Source: the human T2T-CHM13v2.0 reference genome, Homo sapiens. Taken from it: 64,000 nt of DNA. Shown here piece after piece: positions 25,030 to 38,500 of the stretch (position 1 is the first letter of the stretch; the number at the start of each line of letters is the position of its first letter). Under the pieces are notes generated by a model. The model was not told the DNA's origin. It ran no database searches and saw only the letters and a program-made list of their open reading frames with translations. The translations under genes were made by a program, and so were the position numbers. The stretch lies in NCBI RefSeq assembly GCF_009914755.1, contig NC_060944.1; one strand, written 5' to 3'.

Positions 25030-28000
25030 AGTTAATAGACTTTATTTTTAAGAGTAGTTTTAGAGTTACAGAAAAGTGAGTGGAAAGTATGAAAAGTCCC
25101 CATATCCCCATCACTTACCCATCTACCCCCGTTTTCCCTGTTAACATCTTATATTAGTGTGGTACATTTATTACGATTGATGAACAAATAATGATGCATT
25201 ATTATTAACTCAACTTTATAGTTCATATTAGGGTTTATTCTTGGTGTATAGTTCTGTGGGGTTTGCCAAATGCATAATGTCCTGTATCCATCATTACTGT
25301 ATCCTACAAAATTGTTTAATTGCCCTAAAAATCCTCAGTGCTCTGCTAATCCATCCCTCCCTCTCACTGACCCCTGGAAACCACTGATTTTTTTTCTGTC
25401 TCTGATAAAAATCATAAAACCACTGATTTTTTTTATGTGACATTTCTTCCAGAATGTCACATAGTTGACATTATACAGTATGCAGCTTTTCAGATTGGCT
25501 TCTTTGACTTAGTAATATGTGTTTAAAGCTCCTCTATATCATTTTGAGGCTTGATAGCGCATTTCTTTTCATTGCTGAATAATATTCCATTGTCTGAATG
25601 TACCACAATTTGTTTATTCATTCACCTACTGAAGAACATCTTGGTTTCTTCCAAGTTTTGGCAATTAAGAATAAGGCTGCTATGAATATTTATGTGTAGG
25701 CTGTTGTGTGGATATAAGTTTTCAGCTCATTTAGGTAAATATCAAGGAACACAATTGCCTGATCAATCATATGGTAAAAGTATGCCTAGTTTTGTAATAA
25801 TCTGCTAAGCTATCTTCCAATATGGCTGTACCATTTTTCATTCCCACCAGTAATGAATAAAAGTTTCTGTTACCCCACATCTTCACCAGCATTTGGTGGT
25901 GTCAGTCTTTTGGATTTTGGCCACTCTAATAGGTGCATAGTTGTATCTCATTGTTTTTCTAATTTGTATTTTCCTAATGACATATGATTTGGAATCTTTT
26001 CGTATGCTCATTTGTCATCTGTACATCTTCTTTGTCAGAGTGTCTGTTCAGATCTTTTGCTCACTTTTTAATTGGGTTGTTTGCGTATTGTTGAATTTAA
26101 AGAATTATTTGTGTAGATTGCTTACTAGTTCTTTATCAAATATCTGTTTTGCAAATATATTCACCCAGTCTATGGCTTGTCTTTTCACTCTCTGAGCAGT
26201 GTCTTTCACAAAACAGTTAATTTAATGAAGTTCAATTTATCTATTTTTTATTTCTTTTATTTTGTATGTTGCATCTGAAAAATCATCACCAAATCCAAGG
26301 TCACCTATATTTTCTCTTATGTTATCTTCCAGAGGTTTTACAGTTTTGCATTTTACTTTTGGTCTATGATCCATTTTGAGTTAATTTTTGGGAAAGGTGT
26401 AATGTCAGCATCTATGTTCATTTTCTTTTGCATATGGATCTAACTTTCCCAGCACCATTTATTAAATACTGTCTTTTCTCTATTGCATTGCCTTTGATAC
26501 CTTGTCAGAGATCAATTGACTATGTTTGCATGGGTCTATTTCTAAGCTTTCTATTGTGTTCCATTAGTCTGTCTTTGCTTTCAGAAATATCACATTATCT
26601 TGATTACCATAGCCTTGTAAGAGATGAAGTCAGGTAGTTTTAGTCCTCTGACTTATTTTTCTCCAATAGTGTGTTGGCTCTTCTGGGTCTTTTGCCTTAC
26701 TGTATAAACTCTGGAATCAGCTTGTTCATATCCACAAAATTACTTGCTATGATATTGATTTTAGATTGCATTGAACCCATAGAGCAAGTCAGGAAAAACT
26801 GATATCCTAACAATATTGAGTCTTGCTATCCATTAACATGGAATGCCTCTCCTTTTTTTAGTTCTTTTTTATTTCTTTTATCAGAGTTTTATATTTTTAT
26901 ACAGATCTTATACATAGTTTATTAGATTTATACTTAATTTTTTGTTATTTGGTGCTAATATAAATGGTATTATGATTTTACTTTCATATTTCAATCACTC
27001 ATTGCTGGTAGTAGGAAAGCAATTGACTTTTGTAAATTAACCTTGTATCCTACAACCTTGCTGTAATTACTTTCAGGAGTTTGTTGTTGTTGTTGTTGAT
27101 TCTTTGGAATTTTCTACATAGACAATTCTGAAACCTGTAAGAGGACAGTTTCATTTCTTCTTCTCCAATCTCCATGCCTTTCATTTATTTTTCTTGTCCT
27201 ATTACATTGGATAGGACTTTTATTATGATGTTGAATAGGAGTAGTGAGAGGAAACATCATTGCCTTACTCCTGCTGATCTTAGGGGAATAATACCTGGTT
27301 TCTCACCTTTACTTTTACTGTTAAACCCTCCCCATAACTGGGGAGTGCTCTACCCATAATTGCCTTGGCATCCACTCTTCCTTGTTTAAGGCTTTTCTCT
27401 AGCCATGGATAAGGCCCAGCCCATAATGTGGAGAAAGACAGGAGTGCTTGAGAGTTAATAAAGTATCTTGTTTCTTACCATTAATGTTACCGTAGGCTTT
27501 TGATAGGTGTTTTCTGCCAGGTTCCCCTCTATCCTTAGTTTCCTGAGAGTTTTTAAAAATCATAAATTAGTGTTAGATTTTGTTAAATGCTTTTTCTGCA
27601 TCTATTGATAAGTTTATATGATTTTTCTTCTTTACCCTATGGATGTGATTAATTACATTAATTGATTTCAAATATCAATCCCACCTTGCATAACTAGAAC
27701 AAATATCACCTGGTCATGGCGTATAATTTTTATATACCTCATTGGATTTGATTTGCTGATATTTTGTTGAGGATTTTTTTGCATCTATGTTCATGAGACA
27801 TATTAGTCTGTAGTTTTCCTTTCATGTAATTTATCTGGTTTGGTACTGGAGTAATGTTGGCCTTAGAGAATGGGTTAGGAAGTATTCCCGCTGCTTCATC
27901 TTCTGGAAGACATTGTACAGAATTGATGTAATTTCTTCCTTAAAGGCTTGGTATAATTTACTAGTGAACTCATCTGGGCCTGGTTTTCTTTTAGTAAATT

Positions 28001-28530
28001 ATTAATTGCTAATTAAATTTATTTAATGATGTAGGCTTATTCAGGTTATATATTTCTCCTTATTTGAATTTGGTAGACTTTGTCTTTCAAAGAATTGGCC
28101 CATATCATCTAGGTTATCAAATTTCTGGGTATAGGGTTGTCATAATAGTCCTTTATTAACCTTTCAATGTCAATGCAATAAGTAGTGATGGTCCCACTTT
28201 CATTTCTGATGTTAGTAATTTGTGTCTTCTTTTATTTTTCTTTTTACCTGGCTTGATCAATTTTATTGTCCTTTTAAAAGAACTATCTTTTTGTTTTGCT
28301 GATTTTATCTATTTTTTTAACCTTTTTAGTTTCATTGATTTCTGCTCTAATTTTTATTTTTTTTCTTCTGCTTACTTTGGATCTAATTGGCTTTTTGTTG
28401 TTGTTGTTGTTGTTGTTGTTGTTTTTACTTTCCTAAGGTAGATGCTTAGGTTATTGATTTTGGATCTCTTTTTTTCTGATACGTGCATTCACTGTAAGCA
28501 CTATTTTCTGTGTCTCACACGTTTTGATAC
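25030..28530 (-). mobile_element. L1MC1/2-like LINE, ~3.5 kb 3' portion
   Basis: AATAGACTTTATTTTT..GAGTAGTTTTAGAGTTACAGAAAA 3' end, continuous T-rich antisense ORF2-derived sequence, degenerate. Confidence 0.85.
28396..28423. repeat. (GTT)n microsatellite
   Basis: ~9 perfect TGT/GTT units. Confidence 0.9.
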
Positions 28531-28941
28531 ATTTAACTTTTATTTTTATTTTATTTGAGAAAGTTTTAAAAATACAAAGATAACACACTCTGTATAACCA
28601 CCAACCAGAACTGACCTTTTTCATGACCTTATATCTGCTTCATCTCTTTATAGTAAAATCCAGTACAGCGTTACACATAATATGGATCTTGGCTTCCACC
28701 ATCATTAGTCTGCATCATTCCTCACCCCTTATTTCTAAATATAACCACTGGCTTGAAGTTAGTGTGTTCTTTTCAACCCAATTACTTCTACTGATTTGGG
28801 TTACAACCTTAATTACTCCTACATCAACAATGTGGACCTCAGGAAGCTGGAAAGGATAGCAGTATAATAAAAGATAGTAGCAGCAGAATTCATAGATATC
28901 TGGGCCAGAATGCATGGATTTGTATTTATGCACAATGCATC

Positions 28942-29374
28942 TGTCTTAGTTTGAAGTTTCTTAGAAGCAGACTCAGGGTCAGTTATTTAAGGCAAATAGT
29001 TTATTTGGCAGTGCAGAACAGGGAATTGGAATGTAAGACGAGGAAGGGAAGAACTCTGAGAAAAAGTACATTATCAAGAAAGTTATCACTTTGGACAACT
29101 GGAGCTTAATCCGTCTTGAAACTCTGGGAGGCAGCGTAGAGCACACATGGGGAAGTGGGATATTCATCCGCAACACCCATCAGCCATTAGTTAAGAGCAG
29201 ACAACAGGTGCATTGAACCCCTGGTATTTATGGACATAGACAAAGTCAGCTCTGACAGCCAGGAAGTGCCCTTGAGAGGGGAGGTATAGGTCCTCACATG
29301 CAGAAATCAGACAGATGGGTGCTGACATGGTCAAGGTGAGGAGATGTGGGCAGTCCACCAACGACATCTGCCCA
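28942..29374 (-). mobile_element. LTR33-like ERVL solo LTR
   Basis: TGTCTTAGTTTG...AGAAGCAGAC...TAGTTTATTTGG...GGACAACTGGAGCTTAATCC...CCCATCAGCCATT. Confidence 0.65.
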
Positions 29375-30449
29375 AACCTCTTATTAAAAATTCCTTTTCT
29401 GAGATTTAGCTTATTTAGTAGGTATATTAAAAGAATAAAAAGTAAGAGCACTATCCTTACTGACTACATGCTGTGTACCAGGTACCGGCATCTCATTCTA
29501 TCCTCACAGTAACCCTTTAGGAAACTGTTGTTACCTTTATCTTCATTGTCCAAATGAGGCCCGTAGGGGTTCACTGCTTACCAGTGGCCAGTGCCAGCAC
29601 CAGAACTCTGACTCATCTGCCCAGGACCCCAAGTTGCTGCTCATAGAGTGTGGCTTCAGTAACCCTTAAGAACATTCAGGAAGGGAAAGGCTGTAATGGC
29701 AAAGAAAGCTTATTTTGAGTCAACTTTTAGAGGGCAATGTATAATGAGTTCTGGGAGCCTTTTAATTAAACATGGAAAAGCACGAGAGGTTGAAAGCAAG
29801 CTGCTTAAATGGGAAAGCTAATATTTACAGATTTAAAAACCATGTAAAAGTCTGAAAATCCAGGTCTCTCATTAGGTGTGATATAATTACTGAATTTCCA
29901 TTTCCTAACAGTAAGGAAAAAGATGTTAATTCTCCATCCATGGATTGCATTTAAGCAGGTCTTGGATATAGCCTCTGGCTGAAGCCTGTTGTCAAGGGAT
30001 TTATCTTTGGACTTTTTAATGGAAGCAAGCGTTCGGGGAAATTGTTCTGTAAAGGATGGCGTTACTCTTATTCTCTGTATTCAGGTGACTTGGATGAGAA
30101 GTTTGGGCAGTGAATGTCAGAAAGGGAAAGTGCTCTTTATGTGACCTTGACTCATTCTTCCAGAATGTCTGCCTACAGGGAAAACACCTAGGCTAAAAAC
30201 AGAGACCTCAGCTTTGCCACTAGCCAGCTGTGGGACTTTGGACAAGTCTGTAGACTTCTCCAAATTTAGAGTGACTTTTGGTGAGGTCCTGTTCAGCTCT
30301 GTTAATTGTACATGGCTGTAAGTGAACCTGTGAGCAATGGAGCCTCTGCCAAAAGGCTTTCGCGTGCACCTGCAGTGCTCGTCGTCAGCTGCAGCCCATG
30401 TCTGCCACCAGATTATCCCACTTTGTGTCATTAAATGGATTTCCCCTTG

Positions 30450-31050
30450 GCATTAGGCCTAACACTTCACTGTGGTCCCCAGCATCTCTCATATGACTTG
30501 GATGAGGGCACTAAAAGCATACACATCCACTTTATGGATCCCACAAAGCTGGAGCAATGAGCAGAAAGTACCTTGTTTAGAAAGAAATGGAACCTGGACA
30601 AACCCAAGATAGATTTGAGTATCATCTGCCCCACACCAGCCCTGTGACCTTGACCAAATTCATTTGATCTCCTTGAGCCTCAGATTGTTTATCTGTGAAA
30701 TCTGGGAATACTTACCTAGGAGGGTGGGTGTAAAAATGAAATGAGATAATGAATCCAAATGCAAGAAAATGACCAATGTAGTCAGTTCTCAATGCCCTCC
30801 TCTGGCAAACGGGGAAGGGAGCAGGCTCAGTGGTGAGGGACGGGCGTGGTGTCAAATTCCTGTTCTGGAGGGAAAGAAGGGTGCCTAGTGTTGTTTGCTC
30901 TGGAGAATGAGCATTTTAGGTGGCTAGTCCGTCTACTGGAAGGAAGGGAATACTGAATGGACAGGTTTGCAGAGCCCCAAGCAGTACGACTAGGGCCTGA
31001 ACAGGTGCAGTTATGGGAGGCAAAGTGTTGTTCAATAGAATAAAGTGGTT
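30450..31050 (+). mobile_element. L3/CR1 fragments with an inserted MIR (~30560-30790)
   Basis: GACTTGGATGAGGGC...ACAAAGCTGGAG translates to a DLDEG...TKL motif like CR1 RT; MIR core TGTGACCTTG...TTATCTGTGAAA. Confidence 0.6.
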
Positions 31051-31259
31051 TTTTTGCCTTAAAAAATGGAGACACATATACACACACACAAAATAAAATA
31101 AAACAAAACAAATAAATAGAAACAGGAAGATGGCAGGTTTACCATCATTGGAAGTATTTAGGTTATGCTGGGCACAATTTTCTGGCAGTGGTGTTGAGAG
31201 AATTCAAGCACATCTTGATGGGGTGCGATGATGGTTGTTCCTCTGTGAAGCTATACCAG

Positions 31260-31463
31260 GATGCCCCATAGATAGATGGTCTGCTTGCTCCTTTGAGCCC
31301 CACTATGCTTTTGGAAGAGACCTGTTTCTGCACTTGGGACTCCTTAGTGAACTTAATTTCTGGGGTAGACTTAATCCACCTTCAGATCTCCAGTGGTTAT
31401 CACAGAGTGGGTACTTCGTGAAGGCTGTAATTAATGAATGAATGCATACATGCGTGAATGAAT
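31260..31463 (+). mobile_element. L2 3' end
   Basis: Ends in an (AATG)n-like tail TAATGAATGAATGCATACATGCGTGAATGAAT. Confidence 0.6.
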
Positions 31464-34240
31464 GTAGGGTTGGGAGGCAGGGACATATGACTTCTTAGGT
31501 CCCTCTGACCCCAGACTTTCATCGTTTCATGAACAAAATGAGCTCGCTCTTCCCAGAACTGACCTGTGGATTTAGCTTTTCCGGCCTTAGCTGGTTCTAG
31601 GTTCTGGGGGAACCCCACAGTTCCAGTCATCCCTTCCTCCCAAAATGCCGGATCCAAGGTTTTCACTGCCCCTCTTGCACATGCCAGGATGGCTAGACCT
31701 GGTCTCCAAACCCTCAACGGTAGTTCAGAGCCAGACACAGTGCTGGACCCCATGATCTGCGATTATTTTCGCATTACTAAGAACATTGTTGATATTGTTA
31801 ATAGCTACTATGTATCGGGTACTTATATACACAAGTCACAAGTGGTTACTTTGCATACTCTGTCTTTTAATTCCGGTAACCAACTGTAAGATAGTCTTTA
31901 TAATTCACATTTTTCAATGTGCAAACACAACCTTGAGTTTCAGAGAAGGTCAATGGCTGATTCCAAATGCAAGCCTCGTCCGCCTGACTTCAACACCGTG
32001 TTTTCCCAGGTGTCACACGATTTCTCTGAACCCTCGAATCACAGCGTCCAACAGTTACCATTTGTCCTTTTCTCCCCAGAAGTAGTCTTGAGTGGTTTCC
32101 CTAGTCAACATTGTATCCCAGTGTGTGTGTCCATGGTGAATAGGATGAGGCTCCCACAGTCATGGCTGGAGGTATGAGACTGGGTTCAAGCTACCTTTTG
32201 GTCAAACCTGGGCCGCACCATTCAGCAGTATATTATTCTGACATCCCTGTTTTCCCCTTTGTATGGTGTGGATGACACTTGTGCCAGTCTTCCCAGAAAA
32301 TGGTCAAAGAGTCAATGAGACAAACCATGCAAAGCCACTTAGCACAGTCCTGGCCCCTACTCAACCCTCCATAAATTATTAGGATTTGAGAGAAAGCAGA
32401 AGGCTGTAAAGCCATTTTCTCCTCTCCTACTAATAAAGGAGAGAAAACCACACTTTGTGGGCAGGGAAAGTGCAACTGAACAGCAGCCATTCAGCCCCTC
32501 CTGGATGTGCACCCTGGGATGGACACATGTAGGGACCTGCCTGTTTTGTTCAGGAGTCATTTATTAATGAAGTGGGCAAGAAAAAGAAGTGAGTGGGCAG
32601 GGAGAGGGAGGCAGGAAATGGGAAGGGCCCATCAAGGGGCAACATCCAGGGACTCCATGGCGGTAGAACTGGATGAAATGCCTCTCAGAGTTACGTCTCT
32701 GCAGTGGTGGCTGCAGGCAGAGTTCTCTACCACCCCCGATCCTTGGTGGCTGAGGGCCAGCTCCCCTGCATTCCCAGGGACTGAGCAGCTTTGCGAGGCT
32801 TTGGAGAGAGCTCCGAGGCAGGAAAGCTGAGAGCTGCTGCTGGCACTGACAGTGGGATTCTGCCCCAGATGTGGGATGTGCCTCACAGCCACAGTGAAAT
32901 AAAGGGTCTTCCTGCCCCACGTGGCGCCCAAGCTCTGGGGCCGAAGACACACATTTCCAGGAAGATCAACCTGACAGAGTCCTAGGCTGGGGCTTGAATC
33001 AGGAATTTAGAAAATGCCTTGACCTCTGGCAGGAAAATAAAAGTTCTCAAGTCTTGCCAGCCACAGTGCTCAGCCCAGTGGGATGTCCAGGCCTATGGCT
33101 CTTGAGCTAGGGTCCTCCATCTTTTCCTCTCTTTGAGCTTGAACATCCCACTAATTCAAAAGGGGCTGGCAGATGAGATGAATGAGAACTTCTTCCTGGG
33201 CAGTCATGTTTGCAAGTCTTGGACTTAAACCACATGCCTTGGAGCTTTAGGGGAAGAGGAGGAATAACTTGCTACAGTAAGTTCTCTGATAGGAACCTCA
33301 TCTTCCCCCCTGTTCTGTATCTAGGGGTCCAAACCCCAGCCCTTGAAGGGCTCCCAATAGAGTGTTCATTCCAGATACGCTTTATCTTCAAACTTTTTAG
33401 AAAGGAGCATTAAGTAGAAAATAAGGGGAAATAAATACCTTTCTTTTTTAATGAACTTTGCACTCATTTATGCATGCATTCATTCAGTATTCTCATTTTT
33501 TTCAAGAAACAGAGCTATGGTGTCCAGACCTCAAGGCATTGACAGTCTGGGGAGAGAGAAGCAGAAGATGTGCATCACTTTGGAATGGGTCAACACAAAA
33601 CATCAACCATAGGTGCCAAGTGAGAGCACGGTGATTCAGAGGAGTTGGGTCTCTACAAGTTAATGTGGTCATAGCATACTCCTTTTCTTTGGCTCATAAG
33701 AAGTTAGGTGAGAAAGCTTCAGACAACATGATGGCAGTCCTCTCCACGGACAGTAAACTGGACTTGCTTCCAACAGTCAGACAGTGGTGAACCAGCAACT
33801 TTCAAACTCCAGACAGCTCTCATGTAGGATGGGGTTGCATCCCTGGCACTTGTTACACTTTCTTTCTGTTCTCACTTCCAATGAGATTCTCATTCTTGTT
33901 TCATCTCCCCAGCCCTGATCATGAGACACTGTGATATTTACTGTGGGGAGGAGGAGGTGGCAGAGGGGAGGGAGGTTGGAGGGGTGTGGGCAGAGGAAGT
34001 CTTCCCTCTGTGCAACGTCACGTGTCATGTTCTCATCACACAGTTGTTACCTTTGCACCTGCCCAGTCCCCCTCACAATATGCTAATTTCTTGAGGATAG
34101 TGGCCACCTTTCCTGAGACATCACCAGCTCATAGAGTGTTTTTGTGCACACTTAAAAGGTGCCCCCTTATGATGATCACAGCCTTGTGGGCACTGGCTTA
34201 GTGAATAGATGATACCTTGATTCAAATTTATAAAACAGTG

Positions 34241-34540
34241 GGCTGGGTTCGATGGCTCACACCTGTAATCCCAGCACTTTGGGAGGTCGAGATGGGTGGA
34301 TCACTTGAGGTCAGGAGTTTGAGAGTAGCCTGGCCAACATGGTGAAACCCCATCTCTACTAAAAATAGAAAAATTAGCCGGGCACGTTGGCTCACACCTG
34401 TAGCCCCAGCTACTAAGGAGACTGAGGCAGAAGAATCACTTGAACCCGGGAAGTGGAAGTTTGCAGTGAGCTGAGATTGCACCACTGCACTCCAGCCTGG
34501 GTGACAGAGCGAGACTCTGTTTCAAAAAAAAAGGAAGAAA
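34241..34540 (+). mobile_element. AluS (Sx/Sz-like)
   Basis: Full dimeric Alu with A-rich tail. Confidence 0.93.
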
Positions 34541-34549
34541 ACACATTTT

Positions 34550-34720
34550 TAAGACTACTTCTGGGGTTTTGTTAATGCTCCATTATGTGACCCAGGTGCT
34601 GAGTACATGGTTGTGTTCAGTTTGTGAAGATTTATGGAACTTATGATTTATGTATTTTTCTTGTATGTATGTAATACTTCAGTGAAATTTACAAAAAGAT
34701 CAAAGGTAAAAGAAAACACA
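34550..34720 (+). mobile_element. L1ME 3' end fragment
   Basis: TACATGGTTGTGTTCAGTTTGTGAAGATT...TGTATGTAATACTTCA..AAA. Confidence 0.65.
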
Positions 34721-35899
34721 TATTTTAAAATATTCCTTCCTCCAGCTTGGCTTGGCAAGAGGAGCTAGTGGCAGGATATCAGCACCCAGTTGCCTCTTCA
34801 GTCAAAGGTCCTTGGGCATTGCACATCCTACACAACTGTGTATGACTATTCTCGCCTGAATCAACATCTTACGTCTCTGGGGTTGGGGGTTTCTGTAACA
34901 GTCCTTGGCCCCGGTGGGCTTTCTTATCAGTCGCTATCCACTTGGTCCATTCGTCATCATGTTGAGCCTCTGTAGCCCTTTGAGCAGAGCCAATCTTTAT
35001 CTCCTTCATTGCTGACGATAAGTCTGCTATGTGGCACAGTGCAGAGATGACTTGTGCCAACTCATGAGTTTTGTTACTTGAACTAGTCCTCTGTTTTTGC
35101 AAGAGTGAATGAATGAAAGGTTGACTGGCAGCTCCCTGTCATGAAGATGTTTTGAATGTTGGCTGCAAAGGCAGGTAGGACTGGAAGATTCTCAAGGTCA
35201 TCAGAAAGGTCACATTTTCAGCTGCCAATAAATAACTTTCAAGTGGTTTCTTACAGACTCTGTCTCTTCCTGGTGTTGTGTTCCTCTTGCCTCTTCTCTG
35301 CATGCCTGCCTTGGGAGTGCACCACACAGTCATGTCATGCGCTGGCACCTCAGATCCCAGGCCATCCAAAGGGAATCAACTTGGTCTCTGTTTTTTTCCC
35401 CTAGCAGTGCTAGAAATGAGCTTTCAGCCCCAATAAAGTGAAAGAAGGAAATGTTTACCAAGAGCCTCCCTCCCCATCCCGTTTGCTTTCCTTGACTTGC
35501 TTCAGTCTGTCCACATGTTATAAAACAGGATTCTCTCTGTGGCTATTTTCAGAAGCTCAGACCACATCTCATTACAGCGCGAGAACATAATTCAAAAGAA
35601 GCCCAGCTCTGCTCCTGGGAAACGTTGCGTGTGATAGATGAGGCGCTTAAGGCTTATCCCACAAGTGCAGTAGTGCTTTTTCAACCACAGACCAACATTT
35701 GAGAAGCCAAGAGGAAGACGTGGTATACTTTTTAAAGAACAGGGCTAGAATTTACCAAGGGGGAGAGGTTAGGTTCACATCAAAATCTACTATCTAGCCG
35801 TCAGGCTCCGAGCAGTATTTCTGTCCTAATTATTACAACTTGTTAATGGCAAATTTAGAAAAATGAACAGTAGGTGGTCAATGTGGGATCCTGTGGGGG

Positions 35900-35900
<1 letters not shown>

Positions 35901-35954
<54 letters not shown>
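35901..35954. repeat. Perfect (TG)27 microsatellite
   Basis: Uninterrupted TG run. Confidence 0.98.
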
Positions 35955-35956
<2 letters not shown>

Positions 35957-36260
35957 GGGGAAGTAAGGTGGTGGGGAGGAGAGTCCTTAGAGAAAGGAAG
36001 GGAGAATGTGAGAGTGATGGGGTACACTGGGACCCTTAACTGGGAAAGACTGAGGCACTTGGTGGAGTTGGAAATAGTCAGAGGGAAGAAGCTGACCCTT
36101 CTATAAGAGGCCTGTGGGGACATTATGTTCCACCCTTCATAGAGCATCATACTGGGGTCCTGGGTGAATCATTCTAGGCCAGAGAGGTAATTGTGCTATG
36201 GATGGGATACAGCTGGTATATTAGCAACTGATTGAAAACAGCTTCAGCAAGGTGATTTAT

Positions 36261-36893
36261 GGTTGGGCCCAGTGGCTCAAAGTGCTGTAATCTCAGCACT
36301 TTGGGAGACAAAGGCAGGAGGATCAGTTGAGGCCAGGAGTTTAAGCCCAGCCTGGGCAACATAACAAGACCCCATCTCTACAAAAAATAATAATACTAAT
36401 AATAAATAAAAATAAAAATATTAGCCACCTGTACCAGGCGCGGTGGCTCACGCCTATAATCCCAGCACTTTGGGAGGCCGAGGTGGGTGGATCACAAGGT
36501 CAGGAGTTCAAGACCAGCGTGGCCAAGATGGTGAAACCCCGTCTCCACTAACAATACAAAAATTTGCCTGCGTGGTGGCGGGCGCCTGTAATCCCAGCTA
36601 CTCAGGAGACTGAGGCAAAGAATTCCTTGAACCTAGGAGGCAGAGGTTGCAGTGACCCGAGATCGCACCACTGCACTCCAGCCTGGGTGACAGAGCGAGA
36701 CTCTGCCTCGAACAACAACAACAACAACAAATTAGCCAGTTGTGATGGTACAGGCCTGTACTCCAGCTACTCAGGTGACTGAGGCAGGAGGATTGTTTGA
36801 GCCCAGGAGTTTGAGGCTACAGTAAACTATGATCATGATCATGCCACTGCCTCCAGCCTGGGTGGCAGAGTCAGACCCTGCCCCTCAAAAAAA
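36261..36893 (+). mobile_element. AluJ interrupted by a nested AluS
   Basis: Left arm 36261-~36420 and right arm ~36731-36893 with J-type GAGGATTGTTTGAGCCCAGGAGTTTGAGGCT; TSD core GTGATTTAT at 36252-36260 and 36896-36904. Confidence 0.9.
36433..36730 (+). mobile_element. AluSg-like element nested in AluJ, (AAC)n tail
   Basis: Complete dimer, GGATCACAAGGTCAGGAGTTC; TSD ATTAGCCA(CC/GT)TGT at 36420-36432 and 36731-36743. Confidence 0.9.
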
Positions 36894-37799
36894 GTGTGAT
36901 TTATGGCTTTGGTGGGAGGATTCTCTATAATGGCATGTCTGCACTTGACCCCAACAACACCCTGATCTGGCTCTTTGATGAGGAGAATGTATTGGTGGAG
37001 ACAAGGAACATACTGTTAACCACCAGAGTCTCTTGGGAGCCTGACCAAGCTCTGGAGGTCCTTGACTTCTGGCCTCAGGAGGAAATTTGCCAACTTTCCA
37101 AAGACACATGAGAAGTGGGGCGGGAGTGGCCGATGGAGCCTGGAGACAGATGGTCAGTGTTGAAGTTCTACTTGAGGCATATTCACAAGATTTGCTTTAG
37201 ATACTCCCAATGTCCTTCCATTGCCATAGGCTCTGCTCAGACCTGTGCGCCCACCCCACCTTTCCTTTCTGCAGCACTCTAGCATGGTGTCACCCCCATT
37301 GGAGCTGGCTCCCTCTCCCCAGATCACTTGCAGGGCCTGCCCACTGTGAGAACAACGAGGACATCAAAACACACAGAGGCACAGGAGAGGGCTTTGGGGG
37401 CTTAGGGTGTTCCCAGGCTGCCCAGGCTGCCTCAAAAAAGACTGAAAATACACGCAAAGTCTTCATTTACTGCAAGCGTATGAGCTAAACAGCGCCAACA
37501 CTGCTGACAGAGCGGTTTTTCCACTTTACAAGCTGCTATCTTCAGATGCTAATGAATTATTCCTTGAAGCCTGACCAGCCTAGAGATACTCCCATCTCAG
37601 AGTTCAGGAGGCAGACATGCTGGGGGTTAAGAAGCAGTGCTCAGAGCCAGTGATTTAGAGGCGGGTCTGATGTAATTGAATATTTATGGCCCATGGTGTG
37701 GGGAGAGGCTGGGCAGCTGGGCTTGCCTGCTTCCTGCCCATCTAAGGAGTCAAACTGTCATCAGAGTAGCCGGGGAAGACCCATCAATGTTGTGTTCCC

Positions 37800-38500
37800 C
37801 AACCTCTAAACCTCTGATCCATAATAGATTTAAGGTTCATTGAGGGCATCTTTTGCACTGATAATTTATTTCCTGATTTTTGATAGGTTTTTCAGGCTAA
37901 TAGTTCAGGACAATGAAATAGATATTTGGTCTTGATTTCATTGTAGGATTTGCAGAATCTGTTATGCTATCATTTTAGGCCAGACTGTGCTATGGATGGT
38001 ATACAGCTGCTATGTTAGCAATTGGTTGGAAACCACTTCAAAAATGTGATTCATGGCCCAGGCTTGGGGGGACTCTCTATAATGCCATGTCTGAACTTGA
38101 TCCTAACAAGTTTGACATTTTTACAAATGATAGAGACTTAGAAAAGTTAAGCCATAAAGAACTTCAGTGAAGACATAAAAGGTGTAATTATCACATTTGC
38201 AAAAGACCCAAGGGTTGTAGGGGTAACCACAAAGTATAATGAAGAACCGGGATTTTAGGCTATCTGCACAACCTGCAGATGAATGAGATGAAATGTAATC
38301 AGGTTAAATGCAAAGTCCCTCATGTAAGTTCCCAGAACCAACAATGTAAGTGCAGGATGGGTGAACTCTGTCTAAAGAGCAGTTCCTCTAGAAATTGCTT
38401 GTATTTTCTAGTTTTCATCAGTGTTAGTATGATCAGATATGGCTGAGAATACACATTCTCAGCCACTGAGAATTATAGACAGAGTCTAGGTGATAGTGTC
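37800..38500 (+). mobile_element. L3/CR1 RT-region fragment
   Basis: GACATTTTTACAAATGA...ATCACATTTGCA...GATGAAATGTAAT..AAATGCAAAGTCC..CAT pattern of CR1 RT and downstream region. Confidence 0.7.
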
